Source: Octopus sinensis (Eukaryota). From it: a stretch of DNA of 38,596 bases. Where the stretch lies: assembly GCF_006345805.1 (NCBI RefSeq), contig NW_021832811.1, forward strand, positions 1 through 38,596, written 5' to 3'. Position 1 is the first letter of the stretch; each line of letters starts with the position of its first letter. The notes below the pieces were generated by a model. It made no database searches, had not been told where the DNA came from, and saw only the letters and a program-made list of their open reading frames with translations. Made by a program: the position numbers and the translations under genes. This document shows positions 10,141 to 21,095 of this stretch, in pieces.

Positions 10141-12960
10141 GTTCGTCTCCCCATGGCCATTAGGCACAAACTTCACAAGCCCGCCCCATACTCCACTCGT
10201 CCTGTCGAAAGACCCTTGTCCCACGTCCTGGTTTTGTTTTGTTGTTTATTTTTTTATTTTATTTTTACCGTTATTGTTTTTACGTTTTTGTATTCTTATT
10301 GGTGTCACGTTATTCGTATTTTGTTTCTGTAACTTCGTTCTTTTTCCGTCCTCGCGTTGTATACATTCGAAGCTTTTCTCCGGGGATTAATGCGCTTGGC
10401 TTAGATTTCCCTTGGCTGCTGGCATATCGGAGCACAATCTCAAGATTAATCACCGAAATTGCTAAGATGATCTGGTCTTTGACTGATGACTGAGGGCTTC
10501 GAATGTCCCGTCCTGTGGTTCTGTGTCGTCTCTGTGGTGTTTTCATGTTCTTGTCCATGTCGTAATTATTTTACTGTTTACCTATATAATCGGCGGCTAC
10601 GTATCCACAATTGACCTTATACGATAAGTATATTTTTTCTCTAGCATTGATACGACTCTTAATCTGTCTCTTCTTCTCTCCTCTCCTCCCTCCTTATTCC
10701 CCTTCCTTTCTTTCCCTCTCCATCCGTCTCCCCCCCCTTCTACGTTTCTCTATCTCTCTCACCTCCAGCCCCCTCGATCTGTCTCTTTCTTCTCCTCCCC
10801 GTCCACCTTCTCTCTCTTTTCATCTGTCCCTTTCTCCTGTCTTCTGTTCTCAACGTGACAGCTAGCCGCCGTTGAGCGCTCTTTTCGTTTTCAGCAGCCG
10901 CAGAAGCAACACGTATTTGTTCGTCTCCCCGTGGCCATTAGCACAACTTCACAAGCCAGCCCCAATACTCAACTCGTCCTGTCGAAAGACCCTTGTCCCA
11001 CGTCCTGGTTTTGTTTTGTTGTTTATTTTTTATTTTTATTTTTTATACCGTTATTGTTTTTTACGTTTTTGTATTCTTATTGGTGTCACGTATCTGTATT
11101 TTTGTTTCTGTACTCGTTCTTTTTCCGTCCTCGCGTTGTATCACTCGAAGCTTTCTCCCAGGGGATCTAATGCGCTTGGCTTAGATTTCCCTTGGCTGGC
11201 TGGCCATATCGGAGCAATCTCAAGATTAATCAGCCGAAATTGCTAAGATATCTGGTTTTGACTGATGACTGAGGCTTCGAATGTCCCGTCCTGTGTTCTT
11301 GTGTCGTCTCTGTGGTGTTTCATGTTCTTGTCCATGTCTGTAATTATTTTTACTGTTTACCCTATATAATCGGCGGCTACGTATCCACAATTGACCTATA
11401 CGATAAGTTATTTTTTTCTCTAGCATTGATACGACTCTTAATCTGTCTCTTTTTCTCTCTCTCTCTCTCTTCTCTTCTCCTCCCTTATTCCCCCTTCCTT
11501 TCTTTCCCTCTCCATCCGTCTCCCCCCCCTTCTACGTTTCTCTATCTCTCTCACCTCCAGCCCCCTCGATCTGTCTCTTTCTTCTCCGCCCTCGTCCACC
11601 TTCTCTCTCTTTTCATCTGTCCCTTTCTCCTGTCTTCTGTTCTCACGTGACAGCTAGCCGCCGTTGAGCGCTCTTTTCGTTTTCAGCAGCCGCAGAAGCA
11701 ACACGTATTTGTTCGTCTCCCCGGGCCATTAGGCACAACTTCACAAGCCAGCCCCATACTCACTCGTCCTGTCGAAAGACCCTTGTCCCACGTCCTGGTT
11801 TTGTTTTGTTGTTTATTTTTTATTTTTATTTTTACCGTTATTGTTTTTTTTACGTTTTGTATTCTTATTGGTGTCACGTATTCTGTATTTTTGTTTCTGT
11901 ACTTCGTTCTTTTTCCGTCCTCGCGTTGTATACATTCGAAGCTTTCTTCCAGGGATCTAATGCGCTTGGCTTAGATTTCCCTTGGCTGGCTGGCCATATC
12001 GGAGCAATCTCAAGATAATCAGCCGAAATTGCTAAGATGATCTGGTTCTTGACTGATGACTGAGGGCTTCGAATGTCCCGTCCTGTGGTTCTTGTGTCGT
12101 CTCCCTCTGTGGTGTTTCATGTTCTTGTCCATGTCTGTAATTATTTTTTACTGTTTACCTATATAATCGGCGGTACGTATCCACAATTGACCTTATACGA
12201 TAAGTATATTTTTTCTCTCTAGCATTGATACGACTCTTAATCTGTCTCTTTTTCTCTCTCATCTCTCCTCCCTTATTCCCCTTCCTTTCTTTCCCTCTCT
12301 CCGTCTCCCCCCCCCTTCTATTCTACGTTTCTCTATCTCTCTCCCCTCCAGCCCCCTCGATCTGTCTCTTTCTTCTTCTCCCTCCCTCGTCCACCTTCTC
12401 TCTCTTTTCATCTGTCCCTTTCTCCTGTCTTCTGTTCTCACGTGACAGCTAGCCGCCGTTGAGCGCTCTTTTTCGTTTTCAGCAGCCGCAGAAGCAACAC
12501 TTATTTGTTCGTCTCCCCGTGGCCATTAGGCACAACTTCACAAGCCAGCCCCAATACTCAACTCGTCCTGTCGAAAGACCCTTGTCCCCACGTCCTGGTT
12601 TTGTTTTGTTGTTTTTTTTTTATTTTTATTTGTACCGTTATTGTTTTTACGTTTTTGTATTCTTATTGGTGTCACGTATTCGTATTTTTGTTTCTTCTGT
12701 ACTCGTTCTTTTTCCGTCCTCGCGTTGTATACATTTCGAAGCTTTTCTTCCAGGGGATCTAATGCGCTTGGCTTAGATTTCCCTTGGCTGGCTGGCCATA
12801 TCGGAGCAATCTCAAGATTAATCAGCCGAAATTGCTAAGATGATCTGGTTCTTGACTGATGACTGAGGCTTCGAATGTCCCGTCCTGTGGTTCTTGTGTC
12901 GTCTCTGTGGTTGTTTCATGTTCTTGTCCATGTCTGTAATTATTTTTACTGTTTACCTAT
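10141..12960 (+). repeat. Tandem array of ~780-796-bp units (3 full + ~0.57), A-B-A-B-A-B-A; putative PLE/retrozyme-like element
   Basis: Anchor gttcgtctcccc at 10141, 10919, 11711 and 12507. The array is flanked on both sides by (TA)n. CTGATGA occurs at 10483, 11262, 12053 and 12856. Confidence 0.95.
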
Positions 12961-12989
12961 ATATATATATATATATATATACATACATA

Positions 12990-13026
<37 letters not shown>

Positions 13027-13041
13027 CCACGCACATCCAGT

Positions 13042-13225
13042 AGCTATGATTGACCGCTAGCTCCAAAAGCTTATTTTATTCTCTCTGTTTATTTCTTCGT
13101 GTTCCTTTCTGTTGAAGAGCGTAGGCTCGAAATGTGAGAAACGTTCTTACATTCCCCAGCGTTGAACTAATGCACCTGTTTGTGTTTATACACCTGTCTT
13201 CGTCTTTTATTTTTCTGTAAATTCC
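13042..13225 (+). mobile_element. Second copy of the hammerhead-like interspersed repeat (putative PLE terminus)
   Basis: tttct-GTTGAA-gagc-gtag-gctc-GAAA-tgtg-agaaa (13106-13141); flanks align with the reverse complement of 6836-7032; ends at a (CATA)n/(TG)n microsatellite. Confidence 0.6.
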
Positions 13226-13989
13226 ATACATACATGCATACATACATACATGTGTGTGTGTGTGTGTGTGTATGTCTCTCTATCTGTTTTTATATGCGTG
13301 TGTTTATAAATATGTATATCAGTGAGTGTGTATCAAAAAGAGATAGACAGAGATAGAGGATTTGTGTGTGTGGGGGGGGTGTGATGCTGTGGATTCGGGT
13401 GATGAAGTTAGAAGTATAAGAAGTATGTATACAAAATAAATAAACAAATAAAGATAGATAGAAAGGAAGAAAGGAAGATGGAAAGATGGAAAGCAAGATG
13501 GGAGCTGGGTGTAGAGTTAAAAAAAGGAAAAGGAAGAGAAAGAGAAATGAAGAGGATTGAGTTAGCGACAACGAAATGGAAATGAAGAGATAAATTATAA
13601 TATAAGAGAGGGAAGAGGGAGAGTGGAAGGAGATGGGGGGAGAGAGAGAGTAAGGAAGAAGGAGAGAGGGAGATACAAAGAGAGGAGGAGAGACAGAATG
13701 ATATTGTTTCAGGGTCATCCATCAACGGCCTTCCCCGTGGATTGGGGTTGCAATAACCGACTGTTTCTTTAGACGGGAATACACGCACCCACACACGCAC
13801 ACACGCGCACACACACACACACACGCATACACACGCATACACACACATATATATATATACATACAGACACATACGTATGTACACATGTACACACACCACG
13901 TACACAGGCACGTTTACACACACAACCACACCCCCGCATACACTGCAACACGTATACATTCACGCACATCCACACACATCCATCTAAAT

Positions 13990-14027
<38 letters not shown>

Positions 14028-14067
14028 GCACACTTAGACATTAGAAAATATGATTAGGTTATTAGTG

Positions 14068-14505
14068 TGGTGGCGAGCTGGCAGTATCGTCAGCACCCGG
14101 GCAATACGCTTAGCATCACTTCACCTGTCGCTATGTTCCGAGTTCAAATTCCTCCGAGGTCGACTTTGCCTTTCTTCCTCTCGGGGTCAACAAATTAAGC
14201 GCCAGTGAAATACTGGGGTCGACGTAATCGACTATTCCTCTGTCCCCAAATTTCAGGCCTTGTGCCCTTAGCAGAAAGGATTAGTTAATTAGTTGGCAGA
14301 GTTGCTATAACGTGGGGAAAATGTTTCGTGACATTCGTTCCCGCTCTTAAATGACCTGCGTTTCAATCTCGCAGAGTTCAGCCTGGACACTCATCTCTTC
14401 GGGGCCGATGAAATATATTCCTAGTCAAATATTAACTATCACCCCTCAATTGTATTAACTATTACCCCTCTCCTCAAAAACTCTTGACCCTGAACCTAAA
14501 AATCA
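14068..14505 (+). mobile_element. Two head-to-tail SINE family A copies (second degraded)
   Basis: ggcgagctggcag..gagttcaaattcctccgaggtcgactttgcc..ggggtc..tactggggtcgacgtaatcgact..tttcaggccttgtgcc. Confidence 0.8.
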
Positions 14506-14632
14506 AAAAGTATATATATCTCACATATCTCACATATCTCCTACATATCTCACACCTATTTTCTTTCCTCCACCTCGCTCTCTATTTTGTATCACATCTA
14601 AACTAACTATGGCTTAACTATCCTTTTACACA

Positions 14633-14684
14633 GTCTCCGATGAAGGGATATAATTAACAAATATCCTGGAAACAGCTGTAAGAC
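14633..14684 (+). ncRNA. Minimal type I hammerhead ribozyme motif
   Basis: Stem I gtct/agac; core CCGATGA (U4>C variant) followed by A; stem II gggatat/atatcct; GAAAC 14669-14673; palindromic stem III AC-AGCT-GT; GUA triplet 14678-14680; about 70 nt upstream of (TA)n. Confidence 0.7.
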
Positions 14685-14746
14685 CTTCTACCTATTAATG
14701 TTCTAAATTCTACACAGGCCTTGGTTTTTTATATCATTACGAAAAC

Positions 14747-14783
<37 letters not shown>

Positions 14784-15788
14784 CAAGTAAGCCTATTCCC
14801 CATTTCTTTTTAGGAGAGGGTAGCCACAACAGGACACACACCAGGCATCCATTAATTTCCCATCTCAAAGAGGCAAGCCTCGTTCTATGTTCGGGTCTAA
14901 GTATAGAACACAGCCCCCAGTATCAGAAGCGGGGCCCGACAGCATATGCTGGTTTACTCCCGCCGCATCATGCTGGTCCTGTACTCCTTTGAGCAATATC
15001 AAATTTACTCATCAACAAAAAGTAAAGAAACATTATGGCGAGCTGACAGGACCTTTGGCTTTGACTCAAAATAAGAAAGCTTTCACTTTTAGGGTTCCAT
15101 AAGATAAAGTAGCAACAAGATGCTGTAATCAATTGTTCACTTACCCTATATTTTGGGACCTAAGACTATTGAACAATATCCTTGGTAACTAATCAACTAA
15201 TTCATAAGGCACTGTGTAATACTGTTGGTCAGTTGGAAATGTAAGCTATTGCTTTTTTTTTATTAAATGAAAGTACACTTTTATCTTACTGTGTAAAAGA
15301 AGCAAAATGGCTACTCCTATTTACATTTTTATATAAGTATAATCTGAAATTTTCAGCAAATGCAAGCGCATAGACAAATTCCTTTTGTCGTATTGGATGA
15401 CACAACTTCTCCGAAGTGAGCAACCGTCTCGCTGGATTTGGACGCTTCCTGTTGAATTATTCAATGCCAGTAACATAAATTATGGTTTTTACGATCAAAG
15501 GGGATGTAACATTCAATTTTCTTTTCTTTCTTTACTTTCTCTTTTACATTTTTATTCACCCTTTGTCTTCTTATTCAAATTTCTGCATCGACATTCTTCT
15601 CGTTTTTTTCTCGTCGTTTCTCATGTACCTGTGCCTTGATTTTCAAGCAGAACTAACAATGTGTCCTAAAACAATGGATTGCTTGGAGACACAGGACACA
15701 TTCCATAGATATCTGCCTAACCTCTGTGTCTTTATGGAAAGAAACTATATATATATATATCTTATTTTAAATACTCTAATCTTGGAGC

Positions 15789-15869
15789 GACCAAGGCTTG
15801 TAAGTGGATTTGGTAGACGGAAACTGAGAGAGACCATCGTATATATATATATATACATAATTATATATA

Positions 15870-15913
<44 letters not shown>

Positions 15914-15938
15914 ATTATATATATATATATACATATAT

Positions 15939-15978
<40 letters not shown>

Positions 15979-16180
15979 ATGTGTGCCTGCGTGTGTGGTT
16001 GTGTGTGAGCCTCTGTGTCTGTATTTTTCCCCCCCATCAACCAGTGTTAGTATCTTTACGACCCCGTAACTTAGCGGTTCGGCAAAAGACACCGATAGAA
16101 TATTACTGGGCTTAAAATGTAAGTCCTGGCGGTCGATTTACTCGACTAAACGCTTCGAGCCGGTGCTCCAGCATGGCTAC
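15789..16180 (+). mobile_element. 5'-truncated SINE family B
   Basis: gaccaaggcttgtaagtggatttggtagacggaaactga..(TA/TG)n..ccccgtaacttagcggttcggcaaaagac..cggtgctccagcatggc. Confidence 0.85.
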
Positions 16181-16192
16181 TGGAACTCGACT

Positions 16193-16305
16193 GGATAATC
16201 TGGAACTCGACGGAAGAAAGAAAACTCTGAATGACCCGTCCTTGATATTTTGTATCGTCTGTCCGGATGTTTTGCGTTCTTGTCCCATTTTTGGTATTCC
16301 TTTAT
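16193..16305 (+). mobile_element. Diverged solo 3' end of the tandem-array element family
   Basis: gataatctgg..gacggaaga..gaatgacccgtcc..tcgtct..gttcttgtcc aligns collinearly with gatgatctgg..gactgatga..gaatgtcccgtcc..tcgtct..gttcttgtcc in the array unit; also ends at a TA tract. Confidence 0.6.
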
Positions 16306-16564
16306 ATATGTGTGTATGCGTGTTTGTGTGCGTGTATGCGTGTCTGTATATATATATATGTATATACTTATATATGTATGTATGTATATAAAAAGGTGTG
16401 AGAATATGCGACAATAAACACTTGAGATGCTGTATATCCATTACTAAGACGAACATTAATCCTTCCCCTTCCCGCTCCTTGTAAAGTTATTGTGTGTTTA
16501 TTTGCTTTGAGATGTTTGTTTGCTTATGGTTGGTTGCTGTGAATAAGTATTTACCCTACCTTTA

Positions 16565-16659
16565 CACGCATACCTACATACATACACATCTACACACACA
16601 CACACCACATATTCAATATTATACACATGTATAATGTATATATATATTATACACACACA

Positions 16660-16704
<45 letters not shown>

Positions 16705-16843
16705 CATATATATGTATATATATGTACTATATACACTACACTCAGACGTCTGTATACGAGTGCATATAACTATGCATATATTGATAAATTATTTACACAT
16801 ACGTATGTGTGTGTGTACACACACACGCACATACATATATATT

Positions 16844-16890
<47 letters not shown>

Positions 16891-16919
16891 GTGTGTATAT
16901 ATATAATATATATATATCT

Positions 16920-16952
<33 letters not shown>

Positions 16953-17157
16953 ATCTGGTGGTGTATGTGTATTTACACATACACGCGCATATATACGTAA
17001 ATATTTACACGCACTCGCTTATAAACATACATAAACCCTTAGTGAATGTGCGTATAATTCTGCTTGTGTGTGTGTGCGTATATGTTTGTGTGTGTCTGTG
17101 TTTGTGTATGAATTTTGACCTTTGTCCGTGTCTAAGTGTTTGTGTGTATGTGTGTGT
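16565..17157. repeat. (TA)n/(CA)n/(TG)n microsatellite mosaic
   Basis: Direct inspection. Confidence 0.9.
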
Positions 17158-17794
17158 TTAAAGGGTTAATTCTTGTTAAGAGGTATTTGATAGGAATTAT
17201 AAAGTTATAAAGGATTGTGAAGGGTATAAGTTAGCTATAAATCAACGGACAAGTAGGCTCGACATCGGCACCCGGAATCCTAAATGTCAGAAAGTTGATT
17301 TAGATGCGTTACTTTGTTCATGCTTGGCTGATTATTGCTACAAACAAAACAACAGGCTCGATGCTTCAACGGGTCAGCAACTTGTATCAAACGCAAATTA
17401 TTATGTTTTCCGTTTTTTTTTCTGTGTTTTTTTTTATTTTGAGTGTTGAAGGGTAGATATACTTGTGGTTGGCAAGTTATACGTTGACCAGTGTGGTCCA
17501 CTAAATACGCCACAAATACAAAAAATAAAATGCTTTCTGCTCCTTTTCCCTTATTCTTATTCTTTTAATGGCTTCCCGCCGTAGGACTCTGGTCATACTG
17601 GAGCACTGTCTTACTTTTATTTTCAGCGATTGAGATGATGTCTAATACAACTTGTGTTGTGAATCTCGTGTGGTTAGGATTGGTTGTTCAATCATGCCGA
17701 AGGTCATCCTCAAAGATCTGGATTGATCAAGGACTGTGAGTGGATTTGGTAAACTGTGTGGAATTTGTAAATTGTGTGGAAACCCGTCGTATAG

Positions 17795-17826
<32 letters not shown>

Positions 17827-17945
17827 CGAACAACTAGTGTCGGTTTGCTTACGTTTCTGCAATGTGACCCACCAATGGCATTAATACCAGATTTTAAAAA
17901 TGCAAGAGAACTAGTCTTGATCTAGTTCAATTCCTTCCAACCTCA

Positions 17946-18369
17946 AAGCGGCGAGCTGGCAGAAACGTTAGCATACGTCTTTACGTTCTGAGCTCAAATT
18001 CCGCCGAGGTCGACTTTGTCTTTCATCCTTTTGGGGGTCGATAAATTAAGTACTAGTGAAGAACTGGGGTTAATGTAATGGACAAGTCCCCCTCTTAGAA
18101 ATTTCAGGCCATGTGCCTATAATAGATAGGATAATTATTATTATTAAGGCGGTGGGCTGGCAGAATCGTTCGCGCGTTGGACGAAATGCTTAGCGGTATT
18201 TCAACCGTCTTTACGTCCGAGTTCAAATTCTGCCGGGGTCGATGTAATCGACTTAATCCCTTCCCTTAAATTTGAGGCCTTGTGCTTCCAGTAGAAATTA
18301 TTATTATTATTATTATTATTATTATCAGCATCATCCTCATCCTCATCATCATTATTATTATTATTATTA

Positions 18370-18416
<47 letters not shown>

Positions 18417-18430
18417 TATTTTATTATTGA
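17946..18430 (+). mobile_element. Two head-to-tail SINE family A copies with (ATT)n tail
   Basis: Heads agcggcgagctggcag (17947) and aaggcggtgggctggcag (18146), each with internal deletions; followed by (ATT)n. Confidence 0.85.
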
Positions 18431-18810
18431 GTGAGAGCATGCACATACTCATCAAAGTGACACTGGGGTAAAATATACGAAGCCCATATACCCATCATGA
18501 CTACCCGTCTGATAAGGGTACACCAGGCACATGCATCACAACCATATGTGCGCGACATGGTGATCTGATATCAAGATAAACAGCACATGACCTTGCAGGT
18601 GGGGCCCAGTTAGAATTTTCTTCTGGTCGAGTAACTCATCTAGCTCAAAAGGTCCCTGAATATGGGTTGTTTAAGGATGTTGAACGAAACACCCATGTTT
18701 CCAGAGGTGAATTATTCAAACCCCAAAGAATTCCTCTCAACACATGGCTATGATGCTCCCCCACTACTTCTGCACATGATCAGAGATGCACATATCGTCA
18801 GTCACTAAGG
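18429..18810 (-). mobile_element. Possible 3' end of a non-LTR retroelement with (TAA)n tail
   Basis: Complex, higher-GC block ending exactly at the (ATT)n tract. It resembles a repeat I associate with octopus genomes, but there is no second copy or protein motif in the window. Confidence 0.3.
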
Positions 18811-18919
18811 AACCCCTATTCCCATGGGTAAAAATGGTTTTGTGTAGGGTTAACAGTCCTGCCAAGAAAAAAAGGCAAGTTTACAGAAAGAACGATAATA
18901 TTTCACAATCAATAAAATA

Positions 18920-19060
18920 GGCGAAAGTGTGATTGTGTGGAAAGAAGATTGCTTCTCAACCACGTGGTTCTGAGTTCAGTCCCACTGCGTGGTGTCTTGG
19001 CTAAATGTCTGATCAGAGCATTGTGAGTAAAATTGGTAAGCAGAAACAGAAAGAATACCA

Positions 19061-19143
<83 letters not shown>
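18920..19143 (+). mobile_element. SINE family B 5' half ending in (CA)n
   Basis: tgtgtggaaagaagattgcttctcaaccacgtggttctgagttcagtcccactgcgtgg. Confidence 0.75.
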
Positions 19144-19147
<4 letters not shown>

Positions 19148-20440
19148 TAGCAATAATAGTAATAAACTTTGGATGGAATATATGAATACTTAAGTGCATC
19201 GCTACGCGTGTTTCTACAACACACAGACCGGACTGGGAATCGAACTCGCTGCCTCATGATTGTGAGCCCGATGCTATAATTGCTGGGCGCAGGGGAGGTA
19301 AATAACACCAGCAATAACGACTCTTGCTACCAGTTACAATCACCGCCACCACCTCCATTATCACATTCATTACCATCGCAACCACCACCATCTCCACTGT
19401 TGCCGATCCACCATCACCACCACCACCACCACCACCAGCACCATGACAACTACGACAACCACGGCGACGACGACGACGACTCACCCACCAACACCACAAC
19501 TATCATCATCACCACCACCGTTAACCGATCATCTCCGGCTAATATAATCACCAAAGGCTCGGCAGGGGTTTCGAGGGACCAGTTTCTGTGTAAAAGGGAC
19601 AGAGAGCAGGGGAAATAGCTTTTGTTACCTCTACTGCCGCTTTGGTTGATGTCGTTGATGTACTTGTTGTTTGTTGTAGTAGTAGTGGTAGTGGTTGTGG
19701 TGGTGGTATCATTATCGTTATTGTTATTGTTGTTGTTGTTGTAGACGTTGTTATTGAAATAATCCAGGTGTTAGTGAAGATCCGCAGGTAAGTAAAATGG
19801 CCGACGAAGACAACAATAATAGTGATAATTTGTCAAAAAAAATTCCCCAAATAACAAACCAACAAGAAAATAGTTTGACAACAACGACATCAGGGTCCTT
19901 CCCCACCAACCCTCGCGCTTTTTGCTCTCTTCCCAGCCCTCCCTCCCTCGCATTGCTTAATGGAGGGGAGAAAGATATGAGAAAGTAATTAAGCAGACAA
20001 TTATTGTTGTTGTTGCTGTTGTCAAGAGGCTTTCGTCGACTTGAGGGTATAGAAGAGAACATTTGCTCTCAAAGTGCCGCGCAGTGGGGTTGAACCAGCG
20101 ACCTTAACTTTATGGCTATGCTAACGCCCTTAAGTAGATAGGAGATAGTAAATATACATAATTCTCTGAAATTTGGGGTCAGGGGATAGTCGATGACAGC
20201 GCCCCCCAGTATTCAACTGGGACTCTTTCTCCCCTCTCTCTCCCCCACTCATCTACTTAACCTTAACCATTAGGCCACGCGTCTTCACTTCCTACAAGAC
20301 GACCGAGATTGTGTAGAAAGAGAATAACAAGCTATATTTATATCTGTTCGATCTTTCACAGCGTTAGGTTTTAAAAGCTGCAGTAGGGCCTTATCCAGAA
20401 ACATATCTCACCATTTCTTACGTTGCACTCATATCAAGAC

Positions 20441-20666
20441 GAAGGCGTATGACTTGGTGGTAAAGGTATTTGGCTCATGAGCGTAAGGCCGTTAGTTCTA
20501 TCCTTAAAGCGCATTATTTCACGTTGCCCCAGTCCGCTCAGCTATTTGTAGTTCAAAGGGCCAGCTTTGTTACAGCCTGCATCACGCCCAATCGTCCTGA
20601 AAACTAAGTTAAGGGTACACATGTCTGTGTAGTACTCAGCCATTTGCATGTTAATTCCATGAGCAG
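20441..20666 (+). mobile_element. Degraded tRNA-derived SINE (family C-like head and core)
   Basis: gaaggcgtatgacttggtggtaaagg..atttcacgttgccccagtccgctcagct matches 30463-30600. Confidence 0.6.
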
Positions 20667-21090
20667 GCGAAATGCTTAGCGCTATTTCGCCCGTCGTTAC
20701 GTTCTGAGTTCAAATTCCGCCAAGGAATTGTGGGTAGTAAAGAAATAGGTATTAAAAGTAAGGCGGCGAGCTGGCAGAATCGGTAGCACGTCGGGCGAAA
20801 TGCCGAGCTGTATTTCGTCTGCCGCTACGTTCTGAGTTCAAATTTCGCCGAGGTCGACTTTGCCTTTCGGGGTCGATAAATTAAGTACCAGTTACGCACA
20901 GGGGACGATGTAATCGACTTAATCCGTTTATCTGTCCTTGTTTGTCCTTTCTGTCTTTGGCCCCTTGCGGGTAGTAAAGAAATAGGTATTTCGTCTGTCT
21001 TTACGTTCTGAGTTCAAATTTCGCCGAAGTCGACTTTGCTTTTTATCTGTTGGAGGTCGATAAAATAAGTACCAGTGAGACACTGGGGTC
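20667..21090 (+). mobile_element. SINE family A: fragment plus dimeric copy
   Basis: Head aggcggcgagctggcagaatc at 20761; core repeated after gtagtaaagaaataggtatttcg. Confidence 0.88.
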
Positions 21091-21095
21091 ATTCT

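Noticed and set aside
10141-12960. CRISPR array or protein-coding repeat (ORFs with LGLDFPWLAGH)
   Set aside because: Units are ~790 bp without unique spacers in a eukaryotic context. ORFs are frame-inconsistent between units, and a P.G.N resemblance to a GIY-YIG end is too weak to call.
15205-15295. miR-8/200-like (taatactg, atcttactg) and miR-124-like (taaggcac) seeds
   Set aside because: Arms are in the wrong order, only seed-length matches, no precursor hairpin
19763-19795. Strong splice donor cag|gtaagt suggesting a micro-exon
   Set aside because: No polypyrimidine acceptor or supporting coding context; such motifs arise by chance
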